DNA from: Verrucomicrobiales bacterium
Lineage (GTDB): Bacteria > Verrucomicrobiota > Verrucomicrobiia > Limisphaerales > UBA9464
Reading direction: 5' to 3'
Assembly: GCA_027489875.1 (NCBI GenBank)
Contig: JAIXZE010000292.1
Coordinates: forward strand, 402 to 64,401
Length of the DNA: 64,000 nucleotides
Part shown: one piece after another, positions 17,964 through 26,644 of the stretch
Layout: each line of letters opens with the position of its first letter
Position numbering within the stretch: position 1 is the stretch's first letter
Translations under genes and position numbers: made by a program
The notes under the pieces: generated by a model
The model's input: only the letters and a program-made list of their open reading frames with translations
Database searches by the model: none
What the model was told of the DNA's origin: nothing

Positions 17964-19169
17964 ATGACACGACCCATCCATGTAGCGATCGCGTGCGGGG
18001 GGACCGGGGGACACCTGTTCCCGGGGTTGGCCGTGGGACGGGCATTGGCCCGGCGCGGTGGCCGGGCGACCTTGCTCATTTCTACCAAGGAGGTGGACCG
18101 GCAGGCGGTGAAGGATGTGTCCGACCTGCGCGTGGTGACCTTGCCGGCCGTGGGTTTGCAGGGGCGGAACCACCTGGGATTTGCGTGGTCGTTTGCCCGG
18201 TCGGTGCATGCCGCGCGAGCGCTGTTTCGTCGGGATTCACCGGAGATCGTGCTGGCCATGGGGGGCTTTACCAGTGCCCCGCCGATCCTCGCGGCGCGGT
18301 TGGCCGGCAAGTTCACGGCGATCCATGAATCCAACACGATTCCGGGTCGTGCGAATCGTTGGTTGGCCCGGTGGGTGAGCCAGGCTTTTGTCGGATTCGA
18401 GGAGGCTGCGGCCCGTCTGGGGACAACCCGGACGGAGGTGACCGGGACACCGGTGCGCGGAACATTCGTGCCGCGGGATCCTGCGGCGGCGCGCGTGGCG
18501 CTGGGGCTGGCACCCGAGCGGCCGGTGGTGGCGATTCTGGGCGGGAGCCAGGGGGCCTCCGGACTGAACGACGCGATCCGGGCCGCGTTGCCCGCGATGG
18601 CGCGGCATTGGCCGGGCCTGCAGTTCGTGCATCTGGCCGGACCGAACGACGTGGCGGCCCTGGAGGCGGCCTACGCAGCGGCCGGACTTCCGGCGGTGGT
18701 GCTTTCCTTCTGTGACCGCGTGGACGAGGTCCTGGCGGCGGCGACGGTGGCGATTGCCCGTTCCGGGGCTTCGACCCTGGCTGAGTTTGCGGCGATGGGT
18801 GTGCCGTCCATCCTCGTGCCGTTCCCGGCGGCGGTGGACGACCATCAACGGCACAATGCCGAAGCGTTCGTCCGCGCGGGTGCTGCACGGTGTGTCGCAC
18901 AGCGGGATGCCCAGCCACGGGTCTTGTGTGACGTGCTGGGGGATCTGCTTGAAGCGGGACCGGCGCGGACGCAGATGGCCGCGGCCGCGGCGAGGCTTCA
19001 CCGCCCGGATTCGGCGGACGTCATTGCCGATCGGTTGCTTGGGATTGCCGCAGGACCGTTCGCGGCGCGTGCGGTGGGCTCCCACTCCATTTCCCGCTCG
19101 ATTCCCATCGTCCCGGAAGTCCGTCGTTCCATGCCGACGGCTGCCGTTCAGAACGCTTCGACCCCATGA
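17964..19169 (+). CDS. murG: Lipid II synthase MurG (UDP-GlcNAc transferase)
   Basis: ACGGTGGHLFPGLAV, GGSQGASGLN and ARSGASTLAEFAAMGVPSILVPFP..DDHQRHNA. Carries a roughly 45-aa C-terminal tail. Confidence 0.93.
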   Translation: MTRPIHVAIACGGTGGHLFPGLAVGRALARRGGRATLLISTKEVDRQAVKDVSDLRVVTLPAVGLQGRNHLGFAWSFARSVHAARALFRRDSPEIVLAMGGFTSAPPILAARLAGKFTAIHESNTIPGRANRWLARWVSQAFVGFEEAAARLGTTRTEVTGTPVRGTFVPRDPAAARVALGLAPERPVVAILGGSQGASGLNDAIRAALPAMARHWPGLQFVHLAGPNDVAALEAAYAAAGLPAVVLSFCDRVDEVLAAATVAIARSGASTLAEFAAMGVPSILVPFPAAVDDHQRHNAEAFVRAGAARCVAQRDAQPRVLCDVLGDLLEAGPARTQMAAAAARLHRPDSADVIADRLLGIAAGPFAARAVGSHSISRSIPIVPEVRRSMPTAAVQNASTP

Positions 19170-20161
19170 ATGCCCTGAAACTCAGCTCCGAAGCGCTGGC
19201 ACCCGCCGAGATCGGGCGCATCGAGCTTTCGATGCGGGTGTCCGACCTGCACACGGACCTCCAGAGCGAGCTTTCGCCCGAAACGAACCTGCGCCGGGAC
19301 GAGTCGCTGGCGCGCCGGACGACCTTGCGGGTGGGTGGACCGGCAGACCTTTACGTGGAGCCAGTCAATGAAGCGGACCTGACAACCGCTTTGCAGTTTG
19401 CCCGGGTACACCGGGTGCCCGTCTTCTTTCTGGGACGGGGTTCCAACCTGCTCGTGCGGGACGGAGGTATCCGGGGATTGGTGGTGAGTCTTGGGCATGC
19501 GGGACTGGCCGGGATTGCGGTGGATGGAGACCGGTTGCGCGTCGGTGCAGGGGCCTCGCTCAAGCTGGTGGCGAACGCCGCGCGCGACGCCGGACTCTCC
19601 GGGATGGAGTTCCTGGAAGGCATTCCGGGAAGCGTCGGCGGGGCGCTCCGGATGAACGCCGGGGCGATGGGCGGATGGATCTTCGATCTGGTGGAATCGC
19701 TGCGTTACCTCGACGTGAACGGCGAACCGCATGAAATTGCAGGGGCGGAAGCGGGCGCCCGGTACCGGGGATGCCCGCTGCTCGTGAAGCAGGTGGCTGT
19801 CTCGGCGGTGTTGCGGGGAGCTCCGTCGGAGCGTCAGGTCATCCTCGACAAGATGGCGGAGAGCAATCGCAAGCGCTGGAGCAGCCAACCACGGCAGCCG
19901 AGCGCCGGATGCACGTTCAAGAATCCGCGCCAGGACCTGCCGGCGGGGCGCCTCATCGATGAGTTGGGGCTGAAGGGGACGCGGGTTGGGCAGGCGATGG
20001 TTTCCGATGTCCACGCCAACTTCTTCGTGAATCTGGGGCACGCGACCGCGACCGACGTGCTGCGCTTGATCGAGTTGATCCGGTTGCGGGTGCGCGAGGC
20101 GCGGGGCATCGAGCTGGACCCGGAAGTTGAGATCGTCGGAGAGGACCTGGTTTCCCCATGA
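19166..20161 (+). CDS. murB: UDP-N-acetylenolpyruvoylglucosamine reductase
   Basis: TTLRVGGPADLYVEP, LGRGSNLLV, GIPGSVGGALRMNAGA and PSAGCTFKNP. ATGA overlap with murG. Confidence 0.93.
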   Translation: MNALKLSSEALAPAEIGRIELSMRVSDLHTDLQSELSPETNLRRDESLARRTTLRVGGPADLYVEPVNEADLTTALQFARVHRVPVFFLGRGSNLLVRDGGIRGLVVSLGHAGLAGIAVDGDRLRVGAGASLKLVANAARDAGLSGMEFLEGIPGSVGGALRMNAGAMGGWIFDLVESLRYLDVNGEPHEIAGAEAGARYRGCPLLVKQVAVSAVLRGAPSERQVILDKMAESNRKRWSSQPRQPSAGCTFKNPRQDLPAGRLIDELGLKGTRVGQAMVSDVHANFFVNLGHATATDVLRLIELIRLRVREARGIELDPEVEIVGEDLVSP

Positions 20162-21063
20162 GCACGAAACACGTCATCACGGTTCTGCGCGGAGGTCCTT
20201 CGGCCGAGAGGGAGGTTTCCTTGCGCTCTGGGGCGGCGGTGGCCCGCGCGCTGGCGTCGTTGGGCTACATCGTGCACGAGGTGGATCCCGTGCCGGGGAA
20301 ATTGGTGATTCCCGCGGCAACGACCGTTGTGTTCCTCGCGTTGCATGGAACCTACGGCGAGGACGGGCAGGTGCAGGCGGAGTTGGAGGCGCTGGGATTG
20401 CCGTACACGGGATGCGGCGTCGAGGCTTCGCGGATCAGCTTCGACAAGGTGCTGACCAAGGAACGGTGCCGTGCTGCCGGCGTGCCCACGGCGCGTTCGC
20501 AGATCTTTTTCAGGGCGGATGAAGCCTTTCCACCGGGGTGGATGCCCCCGGTCGTGCTCAAGCCGGTGCGCCAGGGCAGCAGCGTGGGGCTTGAGTTTGT
20601 CGATTCCGTGGAAGCATTCCATTCCGCACTGGCGTCCTCCCTGGCGCACGGTTCCGAGGTGTTGATGGAGGAGCGCATCGTGGGGCGCGAGACAACGGTC
20701 GGGATCCTGGAGGGAGTCGCCCTTCCGATTGTCGAGGTGCGGCCGAAGGCGGGCAGTTACGACTACCGGAACAAGTACACGCCGGGGGCGACGGAATACT
20801 TCTGCCCGGCGGACTTTTCCCCGGCGGTGACGGAGGCGATCCAGAAGGCGGCGCTGGGGGCGTTTCACGCGGTCGGTGGGCGGGACTACGCGCGTGTGGA
20901 CGTGATGGTCCGGGCAGATGGGAGCCCGGTGGTTCTGGAGGTGAACACCCTTCCCGGAATGACCGAGACCAGCCTGCTTCCGAAGGCGGCGGCCGCGGCC
21001 GGAATGAACTTTCCACAGCTTTGCGAGCGCCTCGCGCTCCTGGCACTCCACCACAAGGCCTGA
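20158..21063 (+). CDS. ddl: D-alanine--D-alanine ligase
   Basis: LHGTYGEDGQVQ, KPVRQGSSVGL and ARVDVMV...LEVNTLPGMT. ATGA overlap with murB. Confidence 0.93.
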   Translation: MSTKHVITVLRGGPSAEREVSLRSGAAVARALASLGYIVHEVDPVPGKLVIPAATTVVFLALHGTYGEDGQVQAELEALGLPYTGCGVEASRISFDKVLTKERCRAAGVPTARSQIFFRADEAFPPGWMPPVVLKPVRQGSSVGLEFVDSVEAFHSALASSLAHGSEVLMEERIVGRETTVGILEGVALPIVEVRPKAGSYDYRNKYTPGATEYFCPADFSPAVTEAIQKAALGAFHAVGGRDYARVDVMVRADGSPVVLEVNTLPGMTETSLLPKAAAAAGMNFPQLCERLALLALHHKA

Positions 21064-21065
21064 AC

Positions 21066-22031
21066 ATGTTTGGATTCTCAAAGCCCAGCCGGAACCGCCG
21101 TCAGGAGCGGGGATTCCAGCTCGACGTCAAGCTGCGCACCGAAGCGGCCCAACGGGGCCAGCGGCGCGGATGGGTGCGGTTCCTTGTCCGTCTCGTGATC
21201 CTGGCGTTGCTGCTGGGGGGCGGGTACGGCGGCGTGGTGTTCGCCCGTCACCAGTGGCTTCATCGCGTGGACGCGCTGGCGTTGCGCAAATTGCCGGTGC
21301 AGACCGACGGCGTTCTCTCGGAGCGGGAGATCGTCGGGCAGGCTGGGTTGAAGTTGGGATTGAACACGTTCGCCATCGACCTTCCGACCGTCCGGGCGCG
21401 GTTGCTCCGCCACCCGCGGATCGCGGTGGCCGAAGTGCACCGCGAATTGCCGGACACCATCCGGTTGCACATCCGGGAGCGGTTCCCGGTGGCGCGGGTC
21501 AAGGCGGTGAGCCAGCCGGGATTCGAGTTGTCCTACCTCCTGGATGAAACGGGGAACGTGATGCTGCCCTTCGTGCGTGGGCAGGCACCGGCGGATTCGC
21601 TGGAGGCGGAGGCGGCGCTGCCGCTGCTCGTGGGCGTGCCCAACGCGCCGTTCGTGGTCGGCCGCCCGATGGGCGATCCCCAGATCCTCGCGGCATTGCG
21701 GTTCCTGGCCTCCTTCGAGGAAGCCACGATGGCGGGGTTGACGGACATCGTCAGCGTGGATGTGGGACGGCCCCAGGAGATCGACGTGCAGACGGTGCTG
21801 GGGTCGAAGGTGACTTTTGGGATCCGGGACGCAGATCCGCGGTTCGAGACCCAGTTGCGGCACTGGCTGGCGGTCCATCAGGACGCGGCCGGTCGTGGAC
21901 GCCTGATCGGTACCCTGGATCTTTCGGTGACCAACCATGCGCCGCTGCGCTGGCTGGATGCCGCGACGGCCCCGGTGGAAGCCCCACGGCCGCAGAAGCC
22001 CAAACGCAAGATCGCACGCCGCCATGTTTGA
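21066..22031 (+). CDS. ftsQ: Cell-division protein FtsQ (TM + POTRA)
   Basis: TM LVRLVILALLLGGGYGGVVF, then a POTRA-like segment ...IRLHIRERFPVARV. Position between ddl and ftsA. ATG at 21066. Confidence 0.8.
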   Translation: MFGFSKPSRNRRQERGFQLDVKLRTEAAQRGQRRGWVRFLVRLVILALLLGGGYGGVVFARHQWLHRVDALALRKLPVQTDGVLSEREIVGQAGLKLGLNTFAIDLPTVRARLLRHPRIAVAEVHRELPDTIRLHIRERFPVARVKAVSQPGFELSYLLDETGNVMLPFVRGQAPADSLEAEAALPLLVGVPNAPFVVGRPMGDPQILAALRFLASFEEATMAGLTDIVSVDVGRPQEIDVQTVLGSKVTFGIRDADPRFETQLRHWLAVHQDAAGRGRLIGTLDLSVTNHAPLRWLDAATAPVEAPRPQKPKRKIARRHV

Positions 22032-23226
22032 CCCAGCCTCCATTGTTGTCGGGCTCGAGATTGGAACGAGCAAGGTCTGCGCCGCCGTGGGTGAGATCAC
22101 CGCGCAGGGTGCCTTCAAGGTGATGGGCCTTGGGCAGTCGCGTTCGCGGGGTGTGCGCAAGGGCGAGATCACCGATCCGCAGAAGGCTTCCGAGGATATC
22201 CGCCAGGCCATCGCCGATGCGGAGCAGATGGCGGACGTGGAGATCCGGTCGGTTTTTCTGGGCGTGACCGGAGCCCATATCCGCGGGTTCAACAACCGCG
22301 GGATCCATCCGGTGGTCAGTGCGGATCGACACATCACGCAGGATGATGTCGATGATGCCATCCGGAACGCGAAGGCCGTGAACCTTCCGCACGACCATTC
22401 GGTGCTGCATACGATCCGGCAGGACTTCGTCGTCGATGATCACGACGGGGTGGAGAATCCTGTGGAGATGTATGGGGCGCGTGTGGAAGCCCGCGTGCAT
22501 GTGATTCACGGACAGGGCAACCGGTTGCAGAACAGCATCCACGCGGTCCAGGCCCTGCAATTGTCCGTCGAGCAGGTGGTCTTCTCCGGATTTGCGTCCG
22601 CGCTCGCCGTGCTCGGCAAGGAGGACAAGGAGATGGGGGCGCTGGTCATCGACTTCGGTGCCGGCGTGACGGAGTACGCCCTGTACACGGATTCGTTGCT
22701 GCGGCACAGCGGGGTACTGGCCGTCGGCGGGGATCACGTGTCGAACGACCTCGCCATCGGGCTGAAGATCCCGCTGGGGCGCGCCGAGCAGTTGAAGCTG
22801 GAACATGGCGGTGCCGAAGTCGGCAATGACGCCAAGGGCGCGATGGTGTCGCTGGGATCGGAACCCGGGGCTTCGGACCGTCAGGTGAACCTCGAACACC
22901 TGCGGCGGATCCAGTCGATCCGACTGGAGGAGACCTTCGAGCTGATTGCCCGCGATGTCGGGCCGATGCTGTCGAACGCGCGTGCGGGGATCTTCCTGTG
23001 CGGTGGCGGCGCTCGGACGCGGGATGTGATCGCGATGGCAGAACGGATCTTCGGGTTGCCCGCGCAGATTGGACGGGCGCGTGACGTCTCGGGTTCCGTG
23101 GCGTCGCTCGACCATCCGGAGTTTGCCGCTCCGATCGGGTTGGCCCGGTTCGGGGCGTTGAGGTTGCGCCAACAGAAGCCGGGCACCGGCTGGAAGTCGG
23201 CCCTCGGAAATTGGTTTCGTCGTTGA
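22024..23226 (+). CDS. ftsA: Cell-division protein FtsA
   Basis: IVVGLEIGTSKVCAAVGE, VIDFGAGVTEYALY and IFLCGGGARTRDV show the actin-fold phosphate motifs. ATG at 22024 overlaps the ftsQ end by 8 nt. Confidence 0.92.
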   Translation: MFDPASIVVGLEIGTSKVCAAVGEITAQGAFKVMGLGQSRSRGVRKGEITDPQKASEDIRQAIADAEQMADVEIRSVFLGVTGAHIRGFNNRGIHPVVSADRHITQDDVDDAIRNAKAVNLPHDHSVLHTIRQDFVVDDHDGVENPVEMYGARVEARVHVIHGQGNRLQNSIHAVQALQLSVEQVVFSGFASALAVLGKEDKEMGALVIDFGAGVTEYALYTDSLLRHSGVLAVGGDHVSNDLAIGLKIPLGRAEQLKLEHGGAEVGNDAKGAMVSLGSEPGASDRQVNLEHLRRIQSIRLEETFELIARDVGPMLSNARAGIFLCGGGARTRDVIAMAERIFGLPAQIGRARDVSGSVASLDHPEFAAPIGLARFGALRLRQQKPGTGWKSALGNWFRR

Positions 23227-23256
23227 GTCCAGCAGGCATTGAACAACCCCTCTCCC

Positions 23257-24603
23257 ATGGAAGACCACGAAAGCGCCGTCGTTCAGGAAACGGAGACCGG
23301 TACCCGGCCGACGCAGGATTTCCGCGTCGTCGCCGTTGGCCGCGCCGGGATTGCCGCGATGGAACAACTCTGCGGTGATGCGACGCTGAGCGGGGTGGAC
23401 CTGATCGCGATGCATACGGACCGTGACATGGTCGGGCGGTCCCGGGCCACGTTCCGGCATTGCCTGAACGCCGGCCAACCCCGGGGGTTGGGTGCCGGGG
23501 GAGATCCCTCGCTGGGGCAGGCGGCAGCGGAGCGTGAGTCGGGGGAGATCCGGCAGTTGTTGCAGGGGGCGCGGATGGTTTTCGTCCTGACGGGATTGGG
23601 CGCGGGTACCGGGACAGGGGCTGCACCGGTGGTGGCCCGTATCGCCCGGGAATCCGGGGCGCTGGTGCTGGGGGTCGCGACGCTTCCTTTCCATTGCGAG
23701 GGACGGTTGCGCTCGGGACACGCGCAGGCGGGGCTCCAGTCGTTGAAGGCGGCGGCGGATGCGGTGATCACGGTGCCCAACCAACGGGTCCTTTCGATGC
23801 TCGATCGAAATACTCCTGCGGTGGAGGTGTTCGCGACGGCGAATCGACTGCTGGTCGATGGGATCCGCGGTTTGTGGCAGTTGCTGACGCGGCCCGGCCT
23901 GATCCAACTGGACTTTGCCAGCCTTGAGCGGCTGCTGCGCGGCAGGCATTCGGAAAGCGTCTTCGCCTCGGTTTCCGCGAGTGGGGACCATCGGGCGCGG
24001 GAGGTGGTGGAACGGCTCCTCGCGAGCCCGTTCCTGTCTCCCGACCCGGTGCTGGCCTCGGCCGATGCCGTTCTGGTTGCAGTGACGGCCGGGCCTGATG
24101 TGCCGTTTGCGGAGATCGAGATGGTGCTGGCTCATGTGCAGCGGCAGGCAGACCAGGCGCAGGTGGTGACCGGCACGAGCGTGGATCCGGCGCTGGCGGG
24201 CGGATTGAGGGTGACGCTGGTGGCTTCCATCGGAGGTTCGGCCCCGTTGCCGGAAGCGGCTCCCCGATTTGATGCGGCGGCCAGTTCGATGCCGATGGAG
24301 ACGGATCGGCGGACGGATGCGGAACGTTCCGTCGGGGACGTCCTTGGGCTGGGCACGTCGGGTGGGGGGCGGTCCTCGGGCGGGTTGGTTCCACCGGCTC
24401 CGGAGTTGACGGCAGAGCAAAGGGACTCCCTGGGTGGGAGGTCCTCCGGACGAGGTACCGTGCGCAAAAAGAAGGTCGTGCAGTCGATGTTCAATTTTGA
24501 TGTCGTGAGCCGCGGCCGCTTCGAGAAGACGGAGGCCACGGTGATGAACGGTCAGGATCTGGATGTTCCGACGTTCCTCCGCCGGGGCATTGCGTTGAAT
24601 TGA
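23257..24603 (+). CDS. ftsZ: Cell-division protein FtsZ (divergent GTPase motifs)
   Basis: GLGAGGDPSLGQAAAE, MVFVLTGLGAGTGTGAAPVVA, ITVPNQRVL, TRPGLIQLDFASL and the C-terminal FtsA-binding peptide DLDVPTFLRRGI. ATG at 23257; the track start at 23239 is TTG. Confidence 0.9.
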   Translation: MEDHESAVVQETETGTRPTQDFRVVAVGRAGIAAMEQLCGDATLSGVDLIAMHTDRDMVGRSRATFRHCLNAGQPRGLGAGGDPSLGQAAAERESGEIRQLLQGARMVFVLTGLGAGTGTGAAPVVARIARESGALVLGVATLPFHCEGRLRSGHAQAGLQSLKAAADAVITVPNQRVLSMLDRNTPAVEVFATANRLLVDGIRGLWQLLTRPGLIQLDFASLERLLRGRHSESVFASVSASGDHRAREVVERLLASPFLSPDPVLASADAVLVAVTAGPDVPFAEIEMVLAHVQRQADQAQVVTGTSVDPALAGGLRVTLVASIGGSAPLPEAAPRFDAAASSMPMETDRRTDAERSVGDVLGLGTSGGGRSSGGLVPPAPELTAEQRDSLGGRSSGRGTVRKKKVVQSMFNFDVVSRGRFEKTEATVMNGQDLDVPTFLRRGIALN

Positions 24604-24614
24604 AGGGGTCCTTC

Positions 24615-25226
24615 ATGACCCCCACGACGCGTCTCATCCTCACCAGCACCGGGTTTGAATCCCAAAGCTGTGGTCTGCCCAACGGGACCCATCGGGTCGG
24701 ACGCGCCCCCCAGAACGACATCGTCATCCAGGACGAATCGATCTCGGCCGAGCACTGCGAACTGCTCGTGCATGGCGTCGAGGTGATCGTCCGGGAGTTG
24801 GGGTCGCGGAACGGGACCTTCGTCAACGGGGTGCAGGTCAAGGCCCAGAGCGGCGTGTTGCGTCGGCAGGTGCTCCGCCTTGGAAGGGTCGAGGCGACGA
24901 TCGAGTATCCCGAGATCGTGGAAGAGTCTTCCACGGACAACACGGCCGTCTTCACCTATCGGAAGGTGGTCGGTCCGCTGGCTGAGTCGGAGCCGGCCCC
25001 GGCATCCCTCCCGGTTGTGTTCCAGCCGCGCGCGCCCGCGTCGGCATCGGATCCAACGATCACCCTGCCGCGATCCTCCGCGCCCGCGGCATCGGGCTTG
25101 CCCGGCAGGGTTCCAGTGCCCGCTGGACCACCGGCGAATGGCAGTCGGTGGGTGTGGGTCCTGATGACGGTGCTGATCGTTGGGATGGCAGTGCTGGGTG
25201 CGGGAATCCTGCTGTCGCGCAACTGA
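24615..25226 (+). CDS. FHA-domain protein with C-terminal TM anchor
   Basis: HRVGRAPQNDIVIQDESISAEHCELLVHGVEVIVRELGSRNGTFVNG is an FHA signature. The C-terminal TM is WVWVLMTVLIVGMAVLGAGILL. Starts 11 nt after the ftsZ stop. Confidence 0.85.
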   Translation: MTPTTRLILTSTGFESQSCGLPNGTHRVGRAPQNDIVIQDESISAEHCELLVHGVEVIVRELGSRNGTFVNGVQVKAQSGVLRRQVLRLGRVEATIEYPEIVEESSTDNTAVFTYRKVVGPLAESEPAPASLPVVFQPRAPASASDPTITLPRSSAPAASGLPGRVPVPAGPPANGSRWVWVLMTVLIVGMAVLGAGILLSRN

Positions 25227-25229
25227 GCG

Positions 25230-25368
25230 GGGTGCATCCCGTAGCGCCACCAAAGGGAACGGGGTGGTGACGTCCTCGTCGCCGTTCCAAAGCCTTCCTC
25301 AGGGCGATGAGGACATCGCCGCCCCGACTGGGTGTTGCGTTGGTGGCAGTCGCAAGAGGAGCGCCTCG
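25230..25368 (+). mobile_element. MITE-like interspersed repeat, copy 1 (degenerate ends)
   Basis: Core GGTGACGTCCTCGTCGCC-N19-GGCGATGAGGACATCGCC at 25266-25320. Flanks resemble the 23-bp terminal inverted repeat of copy 2. Confidence 0.6.
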
Positions 25369-25427
25369 CAGAGGCTTTGTCTGCCTGACTGCTTGGCGGA
25401 TTGCCCGGGAACGGGCAGCGTCCACGC

Positions 25428-26501
25428 ATGATTCCCCGTCTGGAGGTGCGTTCATGGGTTGCCCTGTTCGCGATGGCGCTCACCGGTGTCGGATCGGTGG
25501 TCCACGCCGGTGCGGCCGACCGGAAGCTGGACTTCTACTGGATCGATTCGCAAGGGGGCGGTTCAACGCTGATGGTCACGCCGGCCGGGGAGTCGGTGCT
25601 TTTCGACACGGGCAATCCCGGCGGACGGGATTCCGGACGGATCCTGAAAGTGGCCCGGGAGGTCGCCGGATTGACGCGGATCGACCATCTGGTGACGACC
25701 CACCTGCATTCGGATCACTTCGGCGGCGCTCCAGAGGTGGCGGCGGCGATACCGATCGGAACGGTTCACGACAACGGGATCCCGGACCGCGATCCGGACG
25801 GGCGCAACGATCCTTCGTGGCCCCAACGGATCCGGGGATATCGAGAGATGAAGGTGGATGCCCGCCGCGTGGTTGAGCCCGGGAAGGGGCTGGATCTCAA
25901 GCCGGCATTGGAAGGAGCGCCCCGGTTGACCGTCCGTTTCGTAGCGGCCCGGCAGAAGCTGGCGGTTTCAAGCGGAGCGGCTGTCAACGTGCGGGACTGC
26001 AAGGATCCGAATCCGCGACCGATGGACACCTCGGACAACGCGAATTCCGTGGTGACACTGGTGGAGTTTGGGGGGTTCCGGTTCTTCCATGGCGGAGACC
26101 TGACCTGGAATACGGAGGCGGCGCTGGTGTGCCCACTGGATCAGGTGGGCATGGTCGATGTGTATCAGGTCAACCACCACGGGTTGGACGTGAGCAGCAA
26201 TCCGATGCTGCTGCGCGTGCTGGCACCGACCGTGGCGGTGTTCAACAACGGTCCAACGAAGGGCTGTGCTCCCCGCGTGGTGAGCGATCTTCGGGCGCTG
26301 CCGAAGCCACCGGAGGTCTATCAGGTACACCGCAACCAGAAGGATGCGGAGGCCAACACGGCATCGGCACAAACGGCGAATGCCACGGCCGAAGGCGGGC
26401 AGTTCCTGCGGTTGAGCGTGGATCCCGACGCCTCGGGCTATTGGGTGGAGGTTCCGTCGACCGGCCATCGCCGCCGATTTGTGACTGTCCGCGGGCGCTG
26501 A
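25428..26501 (+). CDS. Secreted MBL-fold metallo-hydrolase (ComEC C-terminal-domain-like)
   Basis: Signal peptide. FYWIDSQGGGSTLMVTPAGESVLFDTG...IDHLVTTHLHSDHFGG carries an intact HxHxDH motif. ATG at 25428. Confidence 0.85.
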   Translation: MIPRLEVRSWVALFAMALTGVGSVVHAGAADRKLDFYWIDSQGGGSTLMVTPAGESVLFDTGNPGGRDSGRILKVAREVAGLTRIDHLVTTHLHSDHFGGAPEVAAAIPIGTVHDNGIPDRDPDGRNDPSWPQRIRGYREMKVDARRVVEPGKGLDLKPALEGAPRLTVRFVAARQKLAVSSGAAVNVRDCKDPNPRPMDTSDNANSVVTLVEFGGFRFFHGGDLTWNTEAALVCPLDQVGMVDVYQVNHHGLDVSSNPMLLRVLAPTVAVFNNGPTKGCAPRVVSDLRALPKPPEVYQVHRNQKDAEANTASAQTANATAEGGQFLRLSVDPDASGYWVEVPSTGHRRRFVTVRGR

Positions 26502-26604
26502 GATTGGGAGCGTGCGAAAATGCCCCCGATAATGCCCCGCATGAACGGGATTCATCGGATCCGAGGTGAGAATTTGCGCATCCGCGATTGACCCGTCGGC
26601 GTTG

Positions 26605-26620
26605 TGGTCCCTTGCTTGCA
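26605..26620 (+). promoter_or_regulatory. Candidate sigma-54 (-24/-12) promoter
   Basis: TGGTCCCTTGCTTGCA has GG-N10-GC spacing exactly as in the TGGCACG-N4-TTGCA consensus, with a perfect TTGCA -12 element. It ends 25 nt upstream of the ATG at 26645. Confidence 0.45.
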
Positions 26621-26644
26621 CCTACCTAAGGTTGGGTGGGGAGC

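Noticed and set aside
26488-26560. Fragments reminiscent of a TPP riboswitch (GCTGAGA ... GATAATGCC ... GAACGGGA).
   Set aside because: The 5' GGGGUGC element and the ACCC..GAACCUGA segment are missing. CTGAGA overlaps the stop codon of the MBL gene, and the downstream gene is not thiamine-related.
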